From contig OZ244207.1 of NCBI GenBank assembly GCA_965216875.1, positions 7,552,001 to 7,616,000 of the forward strand: a DNA stretch of 64,000 bases. Direction: 5' to 3'. Shown here piece after piece: positions 1 through 9,167 of the stretch; the first letter of the stretch is position 1; each line of letters begins with the position of its first letter. The notes beneath the pieces were generated by a model. It ran no database searches, had not been told where the DNA came from, and saw only the letters and a program-made list of their open reading frames with translations. Made by a program: the position numbers and the translations under genes. The DNA is from Rubripirellula sp. GTDB taxonomy: Bacteria; Planctomycetota; Planctomycetia; Pirellulales; Pirellulaceae.

Positions 1-477
1 CCCGCTCACAAGTATGTTGTCACCCAAGGCGAACTCTTGGATCAGATTTGCATCTTGATGGGTGGCCGCGAAGCCGAACAGCAACTTTTGGATGACCTTT
101 CAATCGGATCGTCTGGTGATTTGTCGCGCGCGACAGATATCGCACGAGCGCTCGTGGAAGACTATGGCGGTGGCGGCAGTCAGGTTGGCATCGGGCACTA
201 CCCAACACAACGAATGCCAGGAACGCCACAACAAGAGCTCTCGGCAAGTCAGCTTGAAGCGATCGACCAACAGGTCCGAGCGATTCTTGAAGAGCAGCGG
301 CAGCGTGCCGTGGGCATCCTTGCCGAACACCACGACCTGATTGTCGTCTTGCGTGACCTGCTGCTCGAAAAGAAGGTCATTGACGCGAAAAGCCTTGGCG
401 AATTGACGCAAGATCAAGGTGTCACCTTGCCAGTGAAGTCGCATTCCACTGCCGGCCAGTCCAGCACATCTGAATAA
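1..477 (+). CDS. FtsH-like AAA+/peptidase M41 protein, C-terminal part (5' truncated by window edge)
   Basis: Frame open from base 1 (PAHKYVVTQGELLDQICILMGGREAEQQLLDDLSIGSSGDLSRATDIARALV) matches the M41 peptidase motifs 'lgGRaAE...stGa.sDl..AT.iAr.mV'. The HExxH and AAA parts lie upstream of the window. Confidence 0.8.
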   Translation, partial: PAHKYVVTQGELLDQICILMGGREAEQQLLDDLSIGSSGDLSRATDIARALVEDYGGGGSQVGIGHYPTQRMPGTPQQELSASQLEAIDQQVRAILEEQRQRAVGILAEHHDLIVVLRDLLLEKKVIDAKSLGELTQDQGVTLPVKSHSTAGQSSTSE

Positions 478-551
478 CCATCGTCGCCTACAATGGTCTC
501 TGGTCACGGACCTTATCGACGGACCTACCTCATCGTTGAAATGACAAACTC

Positions 552-821
552 ATGGCTGAAATGACAATCCGGCTTCGCGTGAACCCCGAGACCGGAAAAA
601 AAGACATCGTCGTCGATCTTCGAAGTGAGGAAGATTCGCTTCCGCATGAACATGAACAGCAACACAAGCAGCTTGTCGACAAGTTGATCGAAGGGGGCCT
701 CGTGAGTGCTGCCGAAGTTGGCCAAGTGATTGTCCAACGCGAAGAAGAGACACCGGTTAGCAATTCGCCAGTCGACAACCCACAACAAGATCAACGCCAA
801 GCTGCGCAAGAAGGAAACTAA
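552..821 (+). CDS. Small conserved protein of the FtsH/MoxR/vWA ternary operon
   Basis: 89 aa, ATG start, same strand as flanking genes; MAEMTIRLRVNPETGKKDIVVDLRSEEDSLPHEHEQQH resembles small accessory proteins I recall from FtsH ternary loci (not verified). Confidence 0.65.
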   Translation: MAEMTIRLRVNPETGKKDIVVDLRSEEDSLPHEHEQQHKQLVDKLIEGGLVSAAEVGQVIVQREEETPVSNSPVDNPQQDQRQAAQEGN

Positions 822-898
822 GCCGCATTCATGCCAAGGCGATCAAAGCTCGCATTGCCTTTTCCAACGCATGGGATGTCTTTTCGGCGTCGACCACG

Positions 899-3800
899 AT
901 GATCCTGCAATTCCCGAATCTCGATTCGCTTAAGATCGCCATCACTTCGGAACTGGTTAGCCAGTCGATTCAGGCTGCGCCGGTGCGCGTTGCCTTTTTG
1001 GGTGACTTGGTTTTGGTCGAACCAAGCAAGCCGATCAAACGTGGCGAGATGTCTGAGTTGGTGCGGCTGGGGGTCGAAAAGAAACGAAGCGTCAAAGCCG
1101 AGTATCGCGACCTTATCAACTGGTACGAAGCGTTGCCGCTGACGCCCGTCGAGGAAGACGCGATCGGCGAGAAGAGCGAAGTGCTGTTCGAGTTATCGGG
1201 CGACGACACGCTGGCAAACGTTGTTGGGGAAATGCTTCGCCTGGGAAATGACCGTCAAAGTTTTCGCTACGTCGGCGAGAACGGATCGACACGCGCGCTG
1301 CTTCGAGTCACGGGGCCGCCCTACTACACGATGCTACGTGCACTTGATGACGAGGCCCACGCACGCACTGATGGTGATTTGGTTGCCTACGTCCAGCAAG
1401 GGCCTCGTGTTTGGATCGAAGCAGGTTGGCGGCACCCGTTTGGTGACCGCATTGAACCGGCGCCAGGACAATGGTTGTTGGTCAGTCAATCCGCGCCTTG
1501 GCGTTTCATTGACGAGGGACACTTTCGTGATGTCTACAAGCTGCTGAAGCTTGAATTGCCCAATGGCGTTTCGACGTTTCAAGAGACCGAGCCAGAGCAG
1601 AAGATTCAAGTCAATTTGCAACTCGCGGCCGGTGGTTCCAGCGACGCGCCCGAACTCTGGGTGCTCACCAAAGATGCAATGCGTCAAACGGAGTCGCTGA
1701 TTCGTCGCAGTGATGATCGCTTGATTTCACGCCTTGCCTTTGCCGTTACCCACGAAGCGGACGTCAACGATGGTCAGCCCGTTGTGATCATTCGGGCGAG
1801 ACCATCAAAACACGCGCCGCCAATCTTGGTGTTGGATGGGGACGCGATGCGCCCCTACCTGAGGATCCCTAACCTGTTCGTGCCGGTGACGAGCCGAATT
1901 CATCCACCGCTGCGGCGCGATGCCGTGACAAGTCTGCTCGCCTCGGATGGCGAGTTGATCACTTGGTTGATGCCAGCGGGCGAGGACTCGTTCGTTCCAC
2001 AATCGATTTCGGATGGCGCTTTTCGTCCGCTTGAGGATTGGGTCGACTACGTTCTTGATCACGACCAACAAGAACTCAAGGCATGGATGGCCTCGCATCA
2101 ATTTGACTTCGAATCGTTTGTTTGTGGCGAGCGGGGCGCTGAAGAGAAACCGAAACGAACGGACAAACGGGACGACAAAACAAAAGACACGGCCAAGGCA
2201 TCTGGCTCGAGCGGTGGAAAAACGTCGAGCAAGCGGTCCGGCGGTGGGAAACGCACAACCAAATCACAGTCCAACTCGGCCGATCTTGAGTTTCTGAAAA
2301 CAACGATCAAGAAACCAAAGCAAGACGCCGTTCAGATCCGATTGCGCGAGCTTGAGAGCGCGTTCATCGAATCGGACGAACCGATCGACTCGGCGCATCG
2401 TGAGGGGATGTGGGAAGAGATGGCGATCGCCAACGCGACGCTACAGCGACGACATGATTCGACCGTCTGCTGGGTCAACTCCGTTTGGAATCAGGCCGAG
2501 CCGGACTCGCAGCGAGTTGAGAAGTGGATGGCATGCGAGCAGCATGGCGCGAGCGTTAGTGAACTTGATGAAACGTCGTTGTCCAGCGTTCTCTCATCGC
2601 GGGATGCTGCCACGTCCAATCCGGCCCTCGTTGCCGCTTTCCTGACATGGGCGGGATCGCAGGAGTCGACTCCGGCGATTGCCAGGAACCGATTGAACGA
2701 ACTGACGCAATACTTGCAATCCAACGAGTCGGGTTTGCCGATCCGTGCCGCGTGGATGTCGTGGGTCGCACTCTACAGGATGACCGGCAACGACGAACTC
2801 TTGCTGGCTCGGGCCCGCGATCGTGTTCTGCAACGACTGTTCGACAAAGGAATGACGCCCGAGTTCGACATGGCGGGCTTCATGCGAACCGGTGGCGGTG
2901 AAGCTAATGATCGTTTTCGCACAGTACGTGAACAACTTCTGAATTTGAAAACGCAGGTTGCCAAGTGGGTTCAAGAACCTGATGGCAAGGCAGAGGCACG
3001 TACACGCAGCTATTGTGACTTGGTTTTTGCATTTGCGCTGGCTCGGCTCGGAGAGACCAAGCAGTGCAACATCATCTTGGACGAAGTCGCCGAGCAGTTT
3101 GCGCGCAACGGTGACGAATTGCACATGTGGGCCTGTGAAGCCTATTCGCACCGAGTTCGACAATCTCTGGCAGGGGAATACAAGACGGATCCGTTGCCCG
3201 AGGAATTGGTTGGCCGGCTTGAATCGATGCAGATGTTTGATCGTTATAAGTTGGAAAAGCTTCGCAACATGTCGTTGGTGCTTGAGCCGGCGTTTCGAGT
3301 TGACGCATATTCCAATACCACCGCCAACCAGTTGGGCGATTTCAACCGCGATTTGTTGAGTCTACAGAACACGTTAGGTGCCGATGAAATCGGTGATGTC
3401 GTTCGAGAGTTGTTGGCGAAGTACCCGGAAGATGCCCATCGTCAACAGTTACTGCCCGTTGCGCTGCAGGTTGCACCTCAAGTCGACGAAAAACTGGCTG
3501 CCGTCTTGCTCGATCATTCCACTGAGATGATCAAGAAGACCGATGACGCGTATCAGTTAGCAAGCCTGTTGCAAAAGTCGCTGTTTGTCGCTGCCCATTA
3601 CGGACGCATCAGTCTGGTTCACCAAATCATGAACTCGTTGGTCAAGGCGTTGCCGAAGATTGTCGAGTCGTACATGACGATGGCCGATAGCAACGAAAAC
3701 GTCGCCAAGGTTCGCGGAATCGAGACCCTGTTCACACAGTCTTTTCGCGGTTTGCGAAAGCTTGGGATGAGGGGTGAGATCGGCGATCTGTATGCTCAGG

Positions 3801-4315
3801 TTGCAATGCTCTCGGCCGAGAAAGCCAAGCTGGGAGCATCGGCTCGCAAGAGTCAAAAAGGACGCGCCGGCGACGAGGCCCGGCCGATGCGTTTGATGCT
3901 CTCTGCGGCCGCCGGTTGGTTCTACTTTGGGCGAACCGAAGATGCACGCGAGATTGTCGACCAAGTTCGCGATCGCCTGTTCCGCGGGGACCTGGATGAA
4001 CGCGGGCAACTGAGGCTGTCGATCGCGTACCTGAACGCGATCTCGCAAGCCGACGTTGACGAGTCGTTGCGACGCGTCGAAGAGCTTTTTGTGATGAGCA
4101 AAACGGGCAAACGTCAGCTCAACAAAATTGGAGACAACGCGCAAACCAATTCGCACTTTTCGATCTCGCAGCTTGAGCTTGTTGAGCAATCCGTTTTGGC
4201 GCTGGTGAGTGAAGATTTCGTGTTGAGTGATCAATCGCGACGTTGGTTGGATGAAGACGAATTCCTGGTCAGGTCACGTATTCACCGCGATGTGCGTGAA
4301 GCGACGGGAACGTAA
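899..4315 (+). CDS. Large multidomain protein of the FtsH ternary operon (N-terminal alpha/beta region, K/S/G-rich linker, helical C-terminus)
   Basis: 1138 aa ORF between FtsH-like and MoxR genes; low-complexity linker at about aa 410-470; C-terminal half looks helical (TPR/HEAT-like). Confidence 0.7.
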   Translation: MILQFPNLDSLKIAITSELVSQSIQAAPVRVAFLGDLVLVEPSKPIKRGEMSELVRLGVEKKRSVKAEYRDLINWYEALPLTPVEEDAIGEKSEVLFELSGDDTLANVVGEMLRLGNDRQSFRYVGENGSTRALLRVTGPPYYTMLRALDDEAHARTDGDLVAYVQQGPRVWIEAGWRHPFGDRIEPAPGQWLLVSQSAPWRFIDEGHFRDVYKLLKLELPNGVSTFQETEPEQKIQVNLQLAAGGSSDAPELWVLTKDAMRQTESLIRRSDDRLISRLAFAVTHEADVNDGQPVVIIRARPSKHAPPILVLDGDAMRPYLRIPNLFVPVTSRIHPPLRRDAVTSLLASDGELITWLMPAGEDSFVPQSISDGAFRPLEDWVDYVLDHDQQELKAWMASHQFDFESFVCGERGAEEKPKRTDKRDDKTKDTAKASGSSGGKTSSKRSGGGKRTTKSQSNSADLEFLKTTIKKPKQDAVQIRLRELESAFIESDEPIDSAHREGMWEEMAIANATLQRRHDSTVCWVNSVWNQAEPDSQRVEKWMACEQHGASVSELDETSLSSVLSSRDAATSNPALVAAFLTWAGSQESTPAIARNRLNELTQYLQSNESGLPIRAAWMSWVALYRMTGNDELLLARARDRVLQRLFDKGMTPEFDMAGFMRTGGGEANDRFRTVREQLLNLKTQVAKWVQEPDGKAEARTRSYCDLVFAFALARLGETKQCNIILDEVAEQFARNGDELHMWACEAYSHRVRQSLAGEYKTDPLPEELVGRLESMQMFDRYKLEKLRNMSLVLEPAFRVDAYSNTTANQLGDFNRDLLSLQNTLGADEIGDVVRELLAKYPEDAHRQQLLPVALQVAPQVDEKLAAVLLDHSTEMIKKTDDAYQLASLLQKSLFVAAHYGRISLVHQIMNSLVKALPKIVESYMTMADSNENVAKVRGIETLFTQSFRGLRKLGMRGEIGDLYAQVAMLSAEKAKLGASARKSQKGRAGDEARPMRLMLSAAAGWFYFGRTEDAREIVDQVRDRLFRGDLDERGQLRLSIAYLNAISQADVDESLRRVEELFVMSKTGKRQLNKIGDNAQTNSHFSISQLELVEQSVLALVSEDFVLSDQSRRWLDEDEFLVRSRIHRDVREATGT

Positions 4316-4333
4316 AGAGAGATTTGAAAACAA

Positions 4334-5350
4334 ATGAGCACGATGGATATCAACGCCGAAGAAGCCACCCTTGAACAGCTTCGTGAAGAAGCCGAGGAGA
4401 TTCGCGCGCGATTGAACCGCTTCCGAACTTCACTCGGTCGCTTCTTTGTCGACAAACAGCACTTGATCGATTTGATGGTCGTCGCTGCCGTTGCGCAAGA
4501 ACCACTACTGATTGTGGGGCCGCCCGGAACGGCGAAAAGTGACCTTGTCTTGAAGTTCAAAGATGCCCTGGGTATTCGACAGGAAGACTACTTTGAGTAC
4601 ATGTTGACGCGGTTTACCGAGCCATCGGAGATCATTGGCCCGATCGATATCAACGAATTGCGTGACGGACGCTACATCCGCCGCGAGCAAGGGAAGCTGC
4701 CAACTGCGAAGCTTGCGTTCTTGGATGAAATCTTCAAGTCGAACTCGGCTATCTTGAATATCTTGTTGACCATCATCAACGAAAAGAAGTTCTACCAAGA
4801 CGGAGTGCCGCAGCCTGTTGCCTTGAGAGTGCTGTTTGCCGCGACCAATGAAATCCCCGAGCACGACGAACTTGGCGCGCTCAAGGATCGATTTGTGCTC
4901 AAGGCTGAAAGCTTGCCGGTCCAAAACGATCACTTCACCGATTTGATCGATGCGGGTTTGAAAGCCGAGGTGTACCGCAATTTGAATCAGCGTCCTTGGG
5001 TGGAAGATCACGCGTCGCTCGAAGACATCGTCAAAGCCCACCGCTACATGATGTTGTTGTTCGGGCAACGCGATTCTGGTGGCGAAGCGACGGACCGTTC
5101 GAAGTTCTTTCCCGATGACGTCTTCAACGAGTTCCGGCGGTTGATCAAGACGCTCGTTCGAGAAGACAAGATCTTCATTAGTGACCGAAAACTCGTGAAG
5201 CTTTACAAGTTGTTTCGCGTTCGTTCGTGGATCATGAGTGGCGGTTCCGTCACACGTGACGACTTGCGGCTATTGATGTATTTGGGTGAAACGCCTGAAG
5301 AGATGGCGCTGCTTCGAGAGAAAATCCCAAACCTGCTCGGCGAATCATGA
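4334..5350 (+). CDS. MoxR-family AAA+ ATPase (RavA-like)
   Basis: Walker A GPPGTAKS, FEYMLTRFTEPSEIIGP, Walker B AFLDEIFK, NSAILNILLTIINE, sensor ATNE, arginine finger LKDRF. Confidence 0.92.
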   Translation: MSTMDINAEEATLEQLREEAEEIRARLNRFRTSLGRFFVDKQHLIDLMVVAAVAQEPLLIVGPPGTAKSDLVLKFKDALGIRQEDYFEYMLTRFTEPSEIIGPIDINELRDGRYIRREQGKLPTAKLAFLDEIFKSNSAILNILLTIINEKKFYQDGVPQPVALRVLFAATNEIPEHDELGALKDRFVLKAESLPVQNDHFTDLIDAGLKAEVYRNLNQRPWVEDHASLEDIVKAHRYMMLLFGQRDSGGEATDRSKFFPDDVFNEFRRLIKTLVREDKIFISDRKLVKLYKLFRVRSWIMSGGSVTRDDLRLLMYLGETPEEMALLREKIPNLLGES

Positions 5351-5400
5351 GTCAGTGTGGTCGGCACGACGCTAGCGCCGCGGACTGGCGTACCAGCAAT

Positions 5401-5420
5401 CACTCTCCCAAGGGAGAGTG
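5401..5420. repeat. Perfect short palindrome CACTCTCC-CAAG-GGAGAGTG, next to a degenerate REP-A fragment at ~5367-5378
   Basis: Inverted repeat read directly in the moxR-vWA spacer. Confidence 0.5.
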
Positions 5421-5433
5421 TTAACGTGCGCAA

Positions 5434-6906
5434 TTGCAACGATTCTTAAAATCGAACTCTCTTCAGGCCTTAACATTGTCCTCGTTTGATCTTCGCGATC
5501 CGGATGACGCCAACCGCTACGTTTTGCAAGGTCTGTTACTTGCACGTAGTGGCCCGGTCACCCCTGCGCGAGCTGAGCAATCACTGCGTTGGGCGATGGA
5601 GATTGTGTCGGATGGGTCACCGCTTCCACCGCTCGGGTTTGTTGCCGACGTGGGATTTGTGGCCTTGGGAACGCAGCGTAGCGCCGACATTGGTAAGGCG
5701 GACCCCGTCGAAGGACTCGACCACACCATCACTCGGCGATACGAGGACTATGTGCTGGGGAAGCTCTATGCGGACATGGGCTTCGAAAGAGCTGGCGATG
5801 CGTTGCTTCGCTATTCAGGGCGCGATCGTGACCGTGGGGTCGCGTACATCGTTAACCAACAACGGACCCGCTGTGGCTTCGGTGGCGCGATCCTCAGTCC
5901 CGCCGTGATCAAGGGCTTGCTTAAGAGAGACGGTGAAGCCGTTTGCCAACTCGCTTGGGAATCGGTGGAAACGGATCAGCTTTCGCCTCAGGTGATCGAG
6001 CAGTTCAAGCAATTGACGCTGGCGGTCCGCAACACCGGTGAATTGCTTGGCCCCGAAGATATTTTTGAACTCGAGTCGGGGACGGCGCTCGCGCAATTCG
6101 GTCAGCGTCTGGCGCTGCGACAGATCCTTCAAACGGCAACCACACTCGGCCAGGATATTCCCAAGCAGAAGCCTCGCTCGCAACCGCGCCAATACTCTGT
6201 GGCAACCAATATCATGGAGGAAGACCACTATCCGATTGGTGGTTTTACTTCGATCTCGAACAAGGGAACCGTTGAGAGTATGGTCCGCAGCGAGCTGGCA
6301 TACATCGACCCGGAAATGCGTCCTGACCTGTTTGACATCAAGTTTGCTCGCAACGAATTGTTGTACTATTCGCGCGACGAAAATCAGTTTCTGCGGCGTC
6401 GGTTGTCTTATGTCATTGTGTTGCAACCCAATCTGTCGGCGGCTCGATTTAAAGACGATTCGTTGCCGTGTCAAAGGATCATCTTGCTGTTGGCCTCGAT
6501 CTATGTCGCCGTGACGCAGTTGCTCGAGTGGCAAAGCACCGACGCGATTCAATTCGAGTTCCTCATCCCTCACAAGGATGGAGATGTCGAATTGGCCGAC
6601 GAAATGGTGCTCCTGCAAACGCTTTTCGGAGACCTGATCGCTTCGGAAACGGTCGAAGTCAGGGCCGTTGATCCCGATTCCATCGCCGAGCGGTGCATGT
6701 CTCGAGCGCGAACCAGCATGTGTCACACGTTGTCGATTGGGTGTGAAGATTCAGGCGACACTGACGAACTGTCGATTCCCGCCCGCATGGTGCTGGGGCA
6801 AGCTCAGCCGACGCTTGTCCTTGCTGGTGACTCGTTTGCCAGTGAGGAGGTTGGCGTCGCGGGCTGGAAAGAGCAGTTGGACCGTCTGTTGCGTTTTTGG
6901 GTTTAG
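5434..6906 (+). CDS. MoxR partner protein with ViaA/CoxE-like pre-vWA motif and degenerate vWA domain (start uncertain)
   Basis: YPIGGFTSISNKGTVESMVRSELAY...DLFDIKFARNELLYYSRDE resembles the segment preceding vWA in MoxR partners. The next strand (SYVIVLQPNL) lacks the DxSxS MIDAS motif. Confidence 0.65.
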   Translation: MQRFLKSNSLQALTLSSFDLRDPDDANRYVLQGLLLARSGPVTPARAEQSLRWAMEIVSDGSPLPPLGFVADVGFVALGTQRSADIGKADPVEGLDHTITRRYEDYVLGKLYADMGFERAGDALLRYSGRDRDRGVAYIVNQQRTRCGFGGAILSPAVIKGLLKRDGEAVCQLAWESVETDQLSPQVIEQFKQLTLAVRNTGELLGPEDIFELESGTALAQFGQRLALRQILQTATTLGQDIPKQKPRSQPRQYSVATNIMEEDHYPIGGFTSISNKGTVESMVRSELAYIDPEMRPDLFDIKFARNELLYYSRDENQFLRRRLSYVIVLQPNLSAARFKDDSLPCQRIILLLASIYVAVTQLLEWQSTDAIQFEFLIPHKDGDVELADEMVLLQTLFGDLIASETVEVRAVDPDSIAERCMSRARTSMCHTLSIGCEDSGDTDELSIPARMVLGQAQPTLVLAGDSFASEEVGVAGWKEQLDRLLRFWV

Positions 6907-6955
6907 CGGTCCCGGATTGCAGTGCCGCTGAGCAGTTTCCTGCCGAGGCGGCCAC

Positions 6956-7729
6956 ATGTTGGACATCGAAGAGCACTTGCTCGATGCGGTTCTATCGCAT
7001 CGCGATGAGGATTGTCCTCGTTTGATCTATGCCGATTGGCTGGAGGAGACGGGAGATGTGCGCGCCGAGTTCATTCGCTTGCAGTGTGAACTGGCCAGTT
7101 CGCCGGACCGTTCAACGCTCAAGCAAAAGAACCGGATCACGCACCTGGATCGCAGTTTTCGTAGACGTTGGCTAAGCTCCTCCGATCGCCCTGAGTATCA
7201 CCTGCGGTTCGAGCGCGGGTTTGCCGAATACGCGCGTTTGTCAGCGGCACACTTTGCAAAGTCGGGGCGCGAGGTGTTGCGGAATCGAATGCTTCGAGAT
7301 CTGACGATCACTCCAACCGAGCAACTGGCCCATGGTGCACCCGCGCTCGTCACTAACTTGAATTGGACGCTCGGGCGTGCCGAACTCGACTGCCTTCGAA
7401 TCTCACGGTGCGGTATGAGTCAGGACGACTTTTTGCGTCTGATGCGAATCCAGAAGCTGTCGCGTTTGCGGACGCTCGACTTGGCGTGGAACCAATGCGT
7501 GACCAACGAGACGCTTGGCTCTCTCGAAAATGCGACATTCGCAGGCTCCCTGCGCATGCTCGATCTAACGGGCTGCATGATGGATGGCGACGCGTTTGAC
7601 GTGATAGCGAGCAAGGAGTTTTTCAAGGGTCTCGACTTGATTGTTTTGCATCGACCAAACGCGAGACGCTATGCGAAGCATCGAAAACGACTCGATGAAC
7701 GCCTCGGACAACGCATTCTGTACATGTAG
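6956..7729 (+). CDS. TIGR02996 (repeat-companion) domain protein with leucine-rich repeats
   Basis: N-terminal LLDAVLSHRDEDCPRLIYADWLEETGDVRAEFIRLQCEL; FERGF motif; LRR-like LRTLDLAWN and LRMLDLTGC. Confidence 0.88.
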   Translation: MLDIEEHLLDAVLSHRDEDCPRLIYADWLEETGDVRAEFIRLQCELASSPDRSTLKQKNRITHLDRSFRRRWLSSSDRPEYHLRFERGFAEYARLSAAHFAKSGREVLRNRMLRDLTITPTEQLAHGAPALVTNLNWTLGRAELDCLRISRCGMSQDDFLRLMRIQKLSRLRTLDLAWNQCVTNETLGSLENATFAGSLRMLDLTGCMMDGDAFDVIASKEFFKGLDLIVLHRPNARRYAKHRKRLDERLGQRILYM

Positions 7730-7821
7730 CAGACTCGATGGTTGCGGTGTCGTGTCAGACTGAGTGACAATATTGGTCGCCAGCCACTTCGCCACTGCAT
7801 CCTCGATCTGCTGATTGTCCT

Positions 7822-8982
7822 GTGTCGTCCAATGTCGAAAAACCCAGTACGACGCGTCGGTTCGAGATGGCCAACGATCAGTCGTATAAGTTTTGGGAAA
7901 TCTCACGCGAAGACGCTGTGGTGCATGTCCGTTTTGGACGGATCGGCAACCAAGGACAGTCGAAAGAGATCACTCATCCGAACGTCGAAGAAGCAAAACG
8001 TGACTACGAAAGCCGAATCGACGAAAAGATTCGACGAGGCTACAAGGAAAAGTTCCAGGCGGCCAAAAAGGTCATCACGAATGAGGACATTTGGCGGTCC
8101 CTTGAAGATCACGAACCCTTCTTGAAGTCGATCTTGGAGGACCCCGACGAGCCAGGACGCTACGCGATTTACGCTGATTGGTTAATGGATCGAAATGATC
8201 CGCGCGGGACATTCACCCAGTTGCAGTTGGAACAACAGGATCCACAGTTGCCGCTTTACCGACGCGGCAAGATCGACGCTGAGATTCAACGACTTCGTGC
8301 GCTTCATTCACGACAATGGCTCGGTAGTTTGGCGAATTGGTTGATGGATCGAGGGTTGATGTCGATTCCTTACAAATTCTTTAACGGTCAACTTTCGAGT
8401 CTCTTCTGCGAAACGCTGGACGTCGAATTCGCCGCTCAGCTTCGTGATTCGCCCTATTGTCGGATGCTGCGAGAATTGACCGTCATCGAGGATGGGATTC
8501 AAGAAGGCGTTACGGCCAAGCATGGTTTGGAAACGTTGCTTGGTGCTGATTTTTCGAACCTGCGGGATCTTCGGGTTGGAACCGAGGATCACGTGCCATT
8601 CGGTCGACGTGGTCAGATACATGGGGCTTTGAAAGTCGTCGATCTGATTGCCACGATGCCGAGGTTGCAGAGTTTGATTCTCTGTGCGGATGTTCGTTGG
8701 TCCGATTTGTTCGCAATGGAGTTCCAATTTCTCACCGCGCTGTATGTCGACCTGAGATCGGATCAGTTGCCGATGTTGGCCGAGTCGGGCATCGTCAAGC
8801 AACTCCATACCTTGGGACTCTTCGGCTCGATTGATGACGAAGATGCGGAGTTTTTGGCATCGATCGAAGGGTACGAAGGTCTTGTGGAATGTTTAGTGCC
8901 CGAGAGCCGCGGGTTGACGCAAAAGGGAGTGCGACGCCTTGAGGTTGGCGGTGTTAGCGTGCACCGAGTCCCCGGCACGTGA
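7822..8982 (+). CDS. WGR domain + TIGR02996 domain + LRR-like protein (alternative ATG start near 7867)
   Basis: SYKFWEI...VRFGRIGNQGQ...EKIRRGY (WGR); FLKSILEDPDEPGRYAIYADWLMDRNDPRGTFTQLQ (TIGR02996); degenerate LRRs (NLRDLRVG, RLQSLIL). Confidence 0.88.
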   Translation: MSSNVEKPSTTRRFEMANDQSYKFWEISREDAVVHVRFGRIGNQGQSKEITHPNVEEAKRDYESRIDEKIRRGYKEKFQAAKKVITNEDIWRSLEDHEPFLKSILEDPDEPGRYAIYADWLMDRNDPRGTFTQLQLEQQDPQLPLYRRGKIDAEIQRLRALHSRQWLGSLANWLMDRGLMSIPYKFFNGQLSSLFCETLDVEFAAQLRDSPYCRMLRELTVIEDGIQEGVTAKHGLETLLGADFSNLRDLRVGTEDHVPFGRRGQIHGALKVVDLIATMPRLQSLILCADVRWSDLFAMEFQFLTALYVDLRSDQLPMLAESGIVKQLHTLGLFGSIDDEDAEFLASIEGYEGLVECLVPESRGLTQKGVRRLEVGGVSVHRVPGT

Positions 8983-9114
8983 GCCGAACGCGCTAGCGTC
9001 GGGCCCAACAGCGTCATCGCCGTTTGTAGTCCCGCCTTCAGGCGGAAAGCGTGAAGATTCCGGCTAAAGCTCGGTACTACGGACCCCGGCCCGACGCTAG
9101 CGCGTACGGCTCAC
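8979..9114. repeat. Nested REP-like element: inverted pair of REP-A enclosing inverted pair of REP-C
   Basis: GTGAGCCGAACGCGCTAGCGTCGGGCC at 8979-9005 and its reverse complement at 9088-9114; inner GTAGTCCCGCCTTCAGGCGGA (9026-9046) and TTCCGGCTAAAGCTCGGTACTAC (ends 9080). Confidence 0.85.
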
Positions 9115-9167
9115 GGGCTGGGGACGCGAAACGTGGAATCAAATAGCTAGTCGTTCTATGTTTGCGG

